Shown piece by piece: positions 1-11,120 of a DNA stretch of 64,000 bases. The DNA lies in NCBI GenBank assembly GCA_028023455.1, contig JAQFVV010000009.1, forward strand, positions 434,001 to 498,000, given 5' to 3'. Source of the stretch: Epiperipatus broadwayi (taxonomy: Eukaryota > Animalia > Onychophora). Position numbers and translations under genes: made by a program. A model generated the notes under the pieces. It saw only the letters and a list, made by a program, of their open reading frames with translations. It had not been told where the DNA came from and did not search any database. Within the stretch, counting starts at the first letter, position 1. Each line of letters opens with the position of its first letter.

Positions 1-2500
1 GATACCAAAGGCAGATAATTCAGGTTTATGCCCCAACAAGTTCTCATAGTGATGAAGTAATAGAAGATTTTTATATGGATGTACAAAAGGCTTTTGATAA
101 ACATTTTAAAATTGTTATGGAAGACTTTAATGCTAGAATTGGTAAACAAATGAAAGATGAAAGTGCTGTAGGTAATTTTGGTTATGGTAATAGAAATGAG
201 AGAGGACATAGACTTGTGAAGTTTGCAGAAAAAAAACAACTTTATATTATGAATTCTTTTTTTGAGAAAAATGTTAAAAGGAAATGGACATGGAAGCATA
301 CAAATGAAGGTACAGCAGAATTGGACTATATTTTGACTAACAGGAAATACATATTTCAAGATTGTAATGTTCTTAATAAATTTAACACATGAAGTGATCA
401 TCGATTAGTAAGGTGTAAGATACGTGTTAATGTGAAACTAGAGAGAAAAAAATTATTAAGAAAAACAATATTTACAGTTGATATTCCTAATCTTCAGAAA
501 CATTCTAATGAATTTAAATTAGAACTTACAAATCGTTTTCAAGTATTAGTAGATTTTGAACATGATTCAGATTTGAATGAAATTAATATGAAAATAATTG
601 ATACACTTTTAAAAACTGCAACAAAGATAGCTGGTAGAAAAAAGCAGCAATTGACCAATAAAATTTCTACTGAGACTAGAGAATTTATAAAGAAAATAAG
701 GAATATGAAGATATACAAAAATGATGCAATAAAAAGAACTGAATATCTCGAATTTTGTAAAATGGTGCGGAAAAGAGTTGAAAATGATATAAGAAAGTAT
801 AACTGTGAACTAGCAAGGAAAGCTGTAGAAGAAAATAAAAGTCTTAAGAGTGTAAAACAACATTTTGGTATTGGTAGGAAATGTATATCTGCAATAAGAA
901 AAAAAAAAGGAATTATTACTAAAAAGAGAGATGACATCATGAAATTGGTAGAAGATTTTTATCAAGAATTATATAGCAATAAAGAACAAGTACCTCCTAT
1001 ATCTATTACATCTTCCGAATTGCCCAGAATTTTAAATGAAGAAGTGAGATACGCAATTAAATGTATGAAGAAAGGAAAAACTCCAGGTAATGATGGAATT
1101 ATAATTGATATATTAAAAGAAGCAGGTGAAGAAATAGAAATTTTTTTAGCAAAGTTATATACCAAATGTCTAAATGATAAAGATGTACTGGATGATTGGA
1201 AGAATGCAGTAATAATATTAATATTTAAAAAAGGTGATAAAGAAGATATTAGAAATTACAGACCTATCAGCCTTTTATCAGTTTTATATAAAATTTTTAC
1301 CAAGATAATTACAACTCGTCTACAGAGATCATTGGATTTCCACCAACCAAGAGAACAAGCTGGATGTAAAAGTGGTTTTAGTACAGTAGATCATATCCAG
1401 GTGTTGAGAGAAGTTATAGAAAGGACAAATGAACATGAGTTGTCATTATGGTTTGGATTTGTAGATTATAAAAAGGCATTTGATTCTATAAACATTTCTT
1501 CAGTGATTAAAGCATTGGATCATCCAGGATATTGTCATATTTTAAAGAATATTTATAAAAATGCAACAGCAACAATTAGATTACATACTGATACTGGGAA
1601 AGTCAACATTGATAAAGGTGTAAGACAAGGTGACTCCATATCTCCAAAACTTTTTACAGCAGTGCTGCAAGAAGTATTTTGTGGATTAAAATGGGAAACT
1701 AAAGGAGTGAAAGTAAATGGAGATTATTTAAGTCATTTAGATTTCGCAGATGATGTAGTTGTTTTTGCAAATAATGCTTCAGAGCTGCAGGATATGTTGC
1801 AGGAATTATCAGATGAAAGTAGGACTAAAAATAAATGTTAAAAAGACTAAAGTAATGTTTAATCGATTTGCTCAAAATATGAAAATAAAGATTGATTATG
1901 ATGAATTAGAAGAAGTTAACAGTTACAAATACCTTGGTCAGATTATTAATACAGATGGAAACATAATGGAGGAAATTAATCATAGAATTAAACTTGGTTG
2001 GAGTGCTTTTGGTAGAAATAACTTGATACTAAAAGGAAATATGCCTATGTGTTTGAAAAGGAAGGTTTTTAACAAATGTGTTTTATCAGTTCTTACTTAT
2101 GGATCTGAGACTTGGACACTTAATAGAAGAGCAATACAGAGACTTCAGACCACTCAAAGAAGTATGCAGAGATGTATGTTGGGAGTAACAAGAAGAGATC
2201 GAAAACGCAATGTATGGGTAAGAGAACAGAGGTGTTACTGACCTCATTGAAAAAATTAAAAGATTGAAGTGGAGTTGGGCTGGACATATTGCTAGAAGAG
2301 ATGATAATAGATGGACAATTGAAATTTTAAACTGGATTCCAAGAGATTATAAAAGACCCAGAAAGAGACCACATGTGAGATGGATGGATAAAATAAGAAA
2401 GTGCGCAGGGGTGATGTGGAGAAGAGAAGCTAAAGATCGGAGAAGATGGATTAAACTTGGAGAGACCTTCATCCTGCAGTGGATTGATAATGATGATGAT
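1..2500 (+). mobile_element. RTE-clade LINE (APE end + RT), disrupted by stops/frameshifts, cut by the window start, (GAT)n tail
   Basis: ORF pieces 75-392 (DFN, KWTW, LDYIL: APE), 432-1841 (NYRPISLLS, FVDYKKAFDS, GVRQGDSISPKLF, DFADD: RT), 1759-2241 and 2264-2506 (KWSWAGHIARRDDNRW, typical RTE C-terminus); tgatgatgat tail at ~2486-2500. Confidence 0.92.
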
Positions 2501-2566
2501 ATATAACATTTGTAAATGCGAGCTTTATTAAATTAGGTCATGTGACATTTGATTTGATTTTTTTCT
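2500..2566 (+). repeat. 3'-terminal fragment of HHR repeat family A
   Basis: atataacatttgtaaatgcgagctttattaaattaggtcatgtgacatttgatttgattttttttc closely matches the end of the family-A element at ~17608-17677. Confidence 0.8.
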
Positions 2567-3225
2567 CATTTTACATACTAATATTATAATTAATGAATTC
2601 AATTCTTTGACATATACTTTCATTTAAATATATATATTATAAATATCACACATCTTTATTTAACTGATTCCGTGCTTAAAATAAGATACCAATATCTTAT
2701 ATTTTATTAAAATATTACCATAATCATAATAGTTTATGATTAACACCACTTATTTTCTTGTAACACTATAGAATTATAATAAAAAAAAATTTTTAACAAA
2801 AAATTTAAATACTTAAATCTAACACAACATATAAAATAAATAATTTTAAATACTCAATACTATATTAATTCAAATAAAACAATACAAACAAAAAGTTTTC
2901 TTCAACTCCTTGAAATAAATAAAAACTCACAATACTTAGTTGGGATTATGGTTTCCATGATGACATCAATGACCACTGTTCTTTGACAAAAGAAAAATTT
3001 TTCTGCTCTTTTTCTCTCCCCTCCATGCTCTTCAACATTACTTATATCATAATTTGCAAATATAGATAAAAATCTAAATTATAATTATTTACTAACAATA
3101 ATAGATTCTTGTAGCATAAATTTATCTTTTTCATTCTATGATATCTATATGATTACTTCACAATTTAGTAAATATATTTTGATATATTTTTTCTTTTTTT
3201 AAAAGTTCCATTTCTTTCTTTACAT

Positions 3226-3578
3226 TTCAAAACATATAATTTAATATATCAATCATACAGTTCTTCTTTCCAGAATAGTTCATAAATATCCAATATAAAA
3301 ATAAAACAAACAAACTCCTTTTTAAAACTTGCTTTTTATATGACTATAATGATGATAAAGAAATCCAACGTTTCGACTATTTCATATAGTCTTTTTTTAT
3401 TTTTTATTTTTTTGGAATATATGATATTTATTATTATATATTTTTTATTTTAGTGTACCTTGAAAAAAACTATATGAAATAGTCGAAACGTTGGATTTCT
3501 TTATCATCATTATAGTCATATAAAAAGCAAGTTTTAAAAAGGAGTTTGTTTGGTTTATTTCTATATTCAAAACATATA
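3226..3578. mobile_element. Fold-back insertion (family D) with a degenerate PLE-type minimal hammerhead; 13-bp TSD
   Basis: Inverted arms ~3296-3395 and ~3466-3565. TTCAAAACATATA at 3226-3238 and 3566-3578. Both arms carry GACTAT-ATGAA-ATAGTC-GAAACGTTGG (one copy has AACTAT), preceded by a decayed CTGAAGA-like run. Confidence 0.7.
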
Positions 3579-5590
3579 CTTGTAGAATTATAAATCCTAA
3601 TATTATTCCGAATAATCACTATTTAAAATAGTTAATAAATTACAAATATCGAAATTATATTAATGTCAGTAACTATTAATTTTTCAATAAGACTGAATCT
3701 GCATCATCTTCTTCTTCTCTTATGCAATTATCATCTTAACAATATCATAAATAAATTCATATCTTTAAGTATTAATAATCTTAATAAATCTAAGTAATTA
3801 CCTTTATCACTAATAGAGGTAAGATTTAGTAGAAAATGTTTTGTATCATATGGTATATAAAAATTATTAAGAAATAATTTTATTACATATTCCTTATATT
3901 TTAAACAGCAAATGTTTAAGTAGTATGCAGTTTCTTTTGTTGAAGTACATTTTATCCAAATGAATGCAGTTCTATTCCAATCATTATTATAAGTTTGGAG
4001 TCAGCATATGTAGAGCACCAACAAGGACAGTTTACTTTTAACTCCATGATAAACTTTATTAACAAACTTCTTAAAATTAATTCCCATGTATTTAGAATTA
4101 TTATTTAACTTTTACTACTACAAAATAATAAAATTTTAATAAATTTATACTTAAATTTTAAGAAAAGAAAATACGTTTTCCTCTGCCAATGATTTCTTGA
4201 TTTTTTTTTATTGCCTGCTTATCCTTATTTATAGGTAAAATTTTACAATATCTGATTGGTTAATTACCTTCAGATGTCTAGTTAAAATGAATATTAATTA
4301 CTTATTATAACACACATCTCACTCTTATTTATTTTATTATTAATTAAATAAATTTAAAATAACAAATAAGTAATAATTTTCAAAATTATTAATAACTATA
4401 AGAAACATTAATTTTAATCTTTATAATTACTGATTAAAGATACTTTGCATTATTTTAACTATTATTTATTTTTTTACTTTAAAATTAAATAGTACAATTT
4501 GTAACTCAAAATTATAACTTATATAGATTATAACTTTCTAAAGAAAATTAACTCAAATTTAACACTTATGAAACAATTAATTTAACTTCTATAAATTAAA
4601 TACTAAAATTGATCTTTAACAATATCCAAACAATAATGTAACAAATAGAAAGGTTACAATTTATATATTTTTAATCACTTTTATTAATAGATTTTATACC
4701 AATCTCAAGTTTCACTCCACAATATTTATTTACTTTGAATAAGTGTACTGACTCTTATCTTATTAATTCAGGCTTTCATTGATTTAACTATTATATATTT
4801 AAATGAATTTTTTCAGAATGTACCCTTTTTATATATCTATATTTTACTGAGACACACTTTGTGCAGGCATTTTTGCACTGAGAACCCACTATCGATGATG
4901 ATAATTTATCTAGAGTGACCATTCAGATGCATTACACTACAATAATATGTATTTTCTTAGTATGACTAAAACTTCCTAAAATTGGATTTGATAATGGTGA
5001 TCAAACTTTCCATTTCTTATGCAAATATTTTTATAAGCACTATCCATTCACTCAAATCCCATCTCTGATGGCTAAATTTAGCATTTGTTCATAAGAGTTT
5101 TATTAAAATATACATATTTTGAACTTACTTACATTCAAAGAGCCACTCTCATTTAAGAAAATCCTATATAAATATTTAACCCCCTGGCATCAACATCACA
5201 GTTCACTCATTAATAATCCCACTTTCTCTGTTCAGAACATAATCGCTTAACAGACATAACTACATATAAATTAAATAAAATATTAACAATTTATTTAAAC
5301 ACTCTCAACAGATTTCATAAAAAATAAAAAAATTAATAAAATTATAAATTTATCGAACATCAAAAAAAACAAAAAAATATATACAAAATTTATGGATTAA
5401 TTAAATATATGCACATCTAAATAATGTACATCTATATCTTAATATCTGAATACAAATATAATGTATATACTGAACTTTAAATGTATGTAATTAGAGGGGA
5501 CTTGAACACAGACTTTCAAGTTCCCTTCAGCCATCCACTCTATTTTATATTACCGATATACATGACCACATATAAGTGAAAAAGATAAAT

Positions 5591-5644
5591 GATTTCCAAT
5601 AATGTATTTTGTGCTCAACCAGCCCTCATCAGTTGGTCCAGATC
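5591..5644 (-). ncRNA. Type-I hammerhead ribozyme motif, family C copy 1 (G12>A)
   Basis: Minus strand reads GATCTGGACCAA-CTGATGA-GGGCT-GGTTG-AGCAC-AAAA-TACATT-A-TTGGAAATC. Confidence 0.6.
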
Positions 5645-6040
5645 ATCATCTCCACAAATTTATATAATCAGTGCTCAGTTTACATTAAGATAGCAAATCT
5701 TCATACTTTAATGGATAAGTTTCAATCTTCTCCATTCTCCAATTCTTCAGCCATCCATATTATTGAAAATCTGATGATGGAATGCTCAAAGCTCTTGTTG
5801 AAGCGATATTGTTGTTATACCCATGTTGACTTTAGGTCATTCTGACCTCTCATAAATAGGACCTTAATATGTCAATTTAAATATACAGAAGAGAAATGGG
5901 CAGAATTTAGACTGAATCTGTAATATTTGAATACAAGTAAACTGAATTTTAGATGCAATTAGAGGGGATTTGAACACAGAATTTCAAACTCTCTTCAGCT
6001 ATCCATATACATGGACTACATAAACGTGGAAAAGATAAAT

Positions 6041-6095
6041 GATCTCCAATATACCTATTTCGTGCTGTACCAGCACTCATCAATTGGTCCAGATC
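6041..6095 (-). ncRNA. Type-I hammerhead ribozyme motif, family C copy 2 (C3>U)
   Basis: Minus strand reads GATCT-GGA-CCAA-TTGATGA-GTGCTG-GTA-CAGCAC-GAAA-TAGGTAT-A-TTGG-AGATC: 6-bp helix II closed by G-C; helix I CCAA/TTGG plus GATCT/AGATC. Confidence 0.7.
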
Positions 6096-6440
6096 TGGAA
6101 CAATCCCCTCTAATTACATCTGAAATTCTGTATATACATTATATTTGCATTCAAATATTACAGATTTAGCCTGAATTCTGAGAATCCCTCTTCTGTATAT
6201 TTTAAATGGATATATTAAGGTCCTATATATGAGGAACCAGAGTAACTTAAAGTCAACATGTTTACAACAATATTGGCATCAACAATGGTTTTGACCATTC
6301 TATCATCAGATTTTCAATGATATGGATGGTTGAAGAGATGGAGGGTGGAAAAGATTGAAATCTGTCCATTTAAGTTTAAAGATTTGCTATCTTAATATAA
6401 ACTAAGTACTGATTACATATATATATGTGTGGTAGATGAT

Positions 6441-6495
6441 GATCTGGACCAATTAATGAGTGCTCGTTCAGCATGAAATATATATATTGGAGATC
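6441..6495 (+). ncRNA. Type-I hammerhead ribozyme motif, family C copy 3 (decayed core)
   Basis: GATCTGGACCAA-TTAATGA-GTGCT-CGTTC-AGCAT-GAAA-TATATAT-A-TTGGAGATC; palindromic helix III ATATATAT. Confidence 0.55.
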
Positions 6496-7650
6496 ATTTA
6501 TCTTTTTCACATATATGTGGTCATGTTTATCAATTATATAAGATAGAGTGGATATCTGAAGAAAGCTTGAAAGTCTGTATTCAAATCCCTTCTAATTACA
6601 TCTATATCTTAAGAATATTCATTAATGAAATGATATAAATAATGTATATTCAAAAAAAATTAAAAACAATTAAAATGTCAATTATTAATATTTTATAAAT
6701 TATACTATTATTTTAATTAGACCATATATATATAAATCATTAAATTCTTACTGCAGGTTGGTTCAAAAGAATTTAGCAAGTTTACCACTGGTGGACTATT
6801 TCTTATTTTAATTCTTATGTCTCTATGTTGGGTAATTTTAGGGTTGTTTCAAATTTTTACTTCACTTGCTGCTTGACTATGTGGGAAAGATAAGATAGGT
6901 GATTGGAAAACAGTTCAATAGCAAAAGATTATATTTCACTAGGTCCTTTGTTTCTGGACTTCTTGGTGATTTTTTGAAATTGGAAAGACTACATTATGAG
7001 TTCTGATTGGCATATTTCAGGTGCACTTAACAATTCACCTAATTGAATATTTTACTTGACTGGTTATGTGCCAGTAAGGAGAAGTATTGTAACAGGAATG
7101 TGAAACAAGCTAGAATAATTCTGTAAGTAAAACGGAATTTTTTTAAATTTGTACATTGTTGCCAATGTGTATCCTGCACTTTCCACAGATGTTGTATTCT
7201 GCTTTTTACCTCTCTTTCTCTCTTTTTTAAATAGGAAAGCCTACATATGTTTAACCTTATCTTTAAACTATGATTTTAGTTTTCTCTTTCTTAATCCCTT
7301 TCATTATATTTAATTATGGTTCTGATTAAATGTATCTATAATCAACCCTATCAACACAACTTAATTAATATTTTTTTTAATGGTTTGTAACTTTGATTGA
7401 TTAGCAAATTATCAATATTAGAAATATGCAAAGTTTTACAAAATTTACCAATCTCCAAACATAGAAATAAATATAAACTTAACTTACATATAAAGTTAAT
7501 CTATAGATATAGATATATGAGATCAATTGAGAGAATTTTTTATTATATTATTTTTTTAAATTTTATTCCACAATTTTCAATTTCTTCTGGATATGTTTAA
7601 TAGCTTATTTTGAGTTCATTTTATTGAAACAGCTTGTAATACAGACATGA

Positions 7651-8764
7651 CTAGAGTTGGGAACCTTTTTTTCTGCCAAGGGCCATTTGAATATTATAAT
7701 ATCATTCACAATCTATATAAAATTATCGATTTAAAAATTTAATCTGCTATATTTGATCAAAAATTTAATTAATTCACCCCTAATGATTAGAAGTGGGCAA
7801 GTTTTTCAACTGGAAGGCCAATTTCAATTTTCCTTTTTTAAACAACCATAATTTTTTTGTGAATTAAAAATAAAGTAATATTATTATTATTAAAGACTGT
7901 TCTATATTTAGTGGCAGTTTTTAAATTCGCCTTGTAAATGTTTTTCAACATATTTATATTCTTGAATTTCTTTTTATGTTCTAGTTAAATCAATTTTACA
8001 GCAGTTAGGATACAGTCTTTTATAAATTCCCCTTCGGAAAATGTTTTCAAATTTTCTGATTTTTTAAAAATATATATATATAATTTGCTTTCACAGAATT
8101 TTCTGAGTTATTTGTACTTTTTATTAAACATGTCTCTCTCTTGATGAAACTCTTTTTCAAGTTTTCTATTTTAATATTTATTTCTTCCCCAACACTATTG
8201 TTGTCATCAGAATATTTTAAAAAATAATGTCTCTTAATATTGTGTTCTTTATTTACTGAAATATTTTCCAGACATATCAGGCACATCAATTTATTATTTA
8301 TTTCTATAAAAAAAATATGTGTTTGTCCACTTCTTTTGAAATGCATGATTACTCAGTGTAGCCATTTTAATAAAAAAAAGTTAATGCAAAATAATAATAA
8401 TACAATAAAATTTGAGTTTTATTTTTGCTAGTGTACGGTCATCTGTGAAAATCTTATAAAAACAAATTGATCTCAATTCCAAAAAGCAAAAAAATACCCT
8501 CAGATTAAATCTGACTCAGATAAGCCACATAATAGATAATTTTTAGAAATATTATACCTCTGATAGAATAAACTAGAACTATTATAAAAAATGGAGAGAA
8601 TAAATATTTTATTTAATTCTTCTTAATTCAATATTTGCTCTACACGTTTAAATAAAAGTTTTATACAGGGTCATTTTATATATATTTTTAAAAATATCCA
8701 AGAAAGAAACTGAGAGCTTTTGAGAAATGGACTTGGCCCATAGGCCTGAGGTTCTGCATCCCTG
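7651..8764 (-). mobile_element. Degenerate hAT (Charlie/GTF2IRD2-like) element with an N-terminal transposase remnant
   Basis: Minus ORF 8047-8346 FFIEINNKLMCLICLENISVNKEHNIKRHY (BED-type finger), followed by KTFSEGEFIK near 8010-8045. Right terminal inverted repeat (TIR) ggttctgcatccctg at 8750-8764; left TIR degenerate; no TSD found. Confidence 0.65.
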
Positions 8765-10914
8765 GAAGTATATATAAAATCATGGAATTAATTATAATTC
8801 TTACTTATGCCAAAATATAGTAATGTATGTGTTCTTAATGTCCATAATATCAAACACATTTAATCATAGGATGTGTTGGATGTTTCACATTTTTAAATAA
8901 ATAAAACACAAAATATGCATTAATATAAATAAGACTTTAGCTAATTTTGATTTTTAGTTAATGGTGTTTAAAAGTTTAACACATTGTTAAAGGGATTTTC
9001 TGAAATCAATTCTATAAGCTTTATATAATCATAGTACACAATTCAGAAGTTGGCTATTATATAACATTTAATATCTTATCTCATCGTGACTGTTGTAGTG
9101 GATACTTCAGTGTTCTAATTCATATAAATATTAAGCTTGTAAGATCTTTAACAAGATCTATAATAAAAAAAATAAGTGAATATTTATTGGATTTATTTAC
9201 TTTAATTCATTATTATTTGTTACAAGAATGTTACTTTGATATAGAAAGAAGTAAACATATTATTATAATTTTTTATTTGTCGTGTACTAAAAAGTGAAAA
9301 ATATAAAAAATCTTTCTCTACCACTAACGTACAACTATCAGATCAAAGTAAAAACAGCAGTCGAAGATATATCAAAAAGTTTTGCTATATTGTCAAATAA
9401 GTAACATATAATTGTTTCTAAATATAATAGATTTTTATATTTAATACTGCAGATTTATATCTATATTCAAATTTTAAAAAATCACAAAATACAAATGTAT
9501 CAATAAAATTAAACCCATTAGACTTGGCTGGAATATCAAAATTAGATAATAATATGAGAAAAATTACTCCAATGTGTGTGGGTTTTTTTTTTTTTCTTGT
9601 TGTATTTAACTCAGAAAATGATCCATAAAAAAGTAGCAAATATTGTAGAATGAATGTTCTAAAATTTTAATTTCAATCTTTTCATATAATTTTTAATATT
9701 TACTGAGGCTATAACCTCGAGAATATGCGTGTAAAATGCAATAGTAGGGACCTCTACAAGTGTTTAACCACAAGCTTATGTTATGGAAGAAAAGAGGGGA
9801 ACCCTTCTTTACTTTAACCTACTTTCTATTTAAATAGGTGATACTGAAGCGGTTAGATCTGCGAACGAAATCAATGTGCGTTTAATAAATTTATATAATT
9901 TTTGTAAAGTAAACTTCTCTTTAATCTAAATAATTATGGCTGTGGATAAATATTAAGAGGATTTCCAAGAATTTTGTATAAAAATTTAATATTTACACTT
10001 TTCATGTTTTTATGTTTATGCTTTTTTTTTTTTTACAAATCTTAGTAATATTCTTAATTCCAATGGTTTAGTAATATTGTTTAGAATTGTGCATATATGA
10101 AATCACAAATATTTCTGTCAATTACAACTCTGAAGAGAACTTCTATCAGTTGAAACTCTCAACAATAATATGGGATTGTCATATGAAGTTAATTTTGAGG
10201 CCAATTTCTGCTTTGCTTACAGCTATCATTTGACAGATTTGTTGCTAGAAATAAATGATCTGATAACTTTTAATTGATCTTTAATGATTATTTAATATTA
10301 TATAATCAACATAATTAGTAAAAGCAATTATTTTTACCATTTTATTAAGATATGATAAATAAAGTCTCTGTTTTTTTCTTGTTTACTCCTAAAATTGTAT
10401 ATATATATAAAAAAAAGCAGCAGAAGCAGTGGAAATTCCTGGAGAATTTTAACAATTTCACAAAAAAAAAAAAAAAAAAAAAGCTGGATGAATAAAATAT
10501 TTTTTCATTGATGATTTTCATTTAACAGATAATTGATTATACCTATCATAACTAGATTATTATTCATCATTGAAAAAAAATTTTTACTAAATAAGATTGT
10601 AAATTACTTGAAAATTTCCTCTTGATAGTTATGGCACTAATTGAGCTACTTTATAGAATGAAATGTTTGATTCTTATCTTTCTTAATGAGAAGCATGTAC
10701 ATTAGAATACTGATTATTTAAATATCAATCATTTAAACTGTCAATTATCTACCTATATGTAGTATTAGTTTTGTTAAAGCATTATCCCTACTAGTGAATA
10801 AATTTGTTACTGATTATTTAAAGCAGTGACAACTCTTTATGTCAATCAGTGCAAACTATGGTTATCAATGGATGCAAAAAGGTTTGTGCATACAATCTTT
10901 ATCTAGTGCCTATT

Positions 10915-10975
10915 TATCCAATATCCCCAGACTAGTGTCTAGCTTCTGGCTTTCATCAGTGAGAAGCCTTGGATC
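10915..10975 (-). ncRNA. Type-I hammerhead motif, family B (A14>C)
   Basis: Minus strand reads ATCCAA-GGCTT-CTCA-CTGATGA-AAGC-CAGAA-GCTA-GACAC-TAGTC-TGGG-GATA-TTGGAT; palindromic helix III ACTAGT. Confidence 0.6.
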
Positions 10976-11120
10976 TGAGAGTACTGTACCTAGATCTTAG
11001 AAACTAATCTAGGGATATTGGATGAGTAGGCACTAGATAGAAAATTTTATACACAAACCTTCTTGCATCCATTGATTAGTATGACTTGCACTGGGTGGCA
11101 CTACTGCATGGAGAATTGCA

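Larger units (their letters stand above)
5427..6612. mobile_element. Tandem plus inverted HHR repeat insertion (family C, ~450-480-bp monomer); 16-bp TSD
   Basis: TACATCTATATCTTAA at 5427-5442 and 6597-6612. Left arm ~5443-6095 (~1.45 monomers), inverted right arm ~6104-6600. Three HHR motifs. Confidence 0.8.

Noticed and set aside
5765-5815. Second CTGATGA motif of opposite polarity in the family-C monomer (also at ~6275-6315), which would suggest an ambisense viroid-like RNA
   Set aside because: No convincing helix II, G12 is missing in both copies and helix I does not pair; worth rechecking only on a family consensus.
6750-7400. Possible ancient LINE RT remnant on the minus strand
   Set aside because: Motif similarity is too weak to support by eye.
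9840-9880. ctgaagcggttagatctgcgaacgaaa as a hammerhead
   Set aside because: The core deviates (CTGAAGC), and helices I and III cannot be formed.
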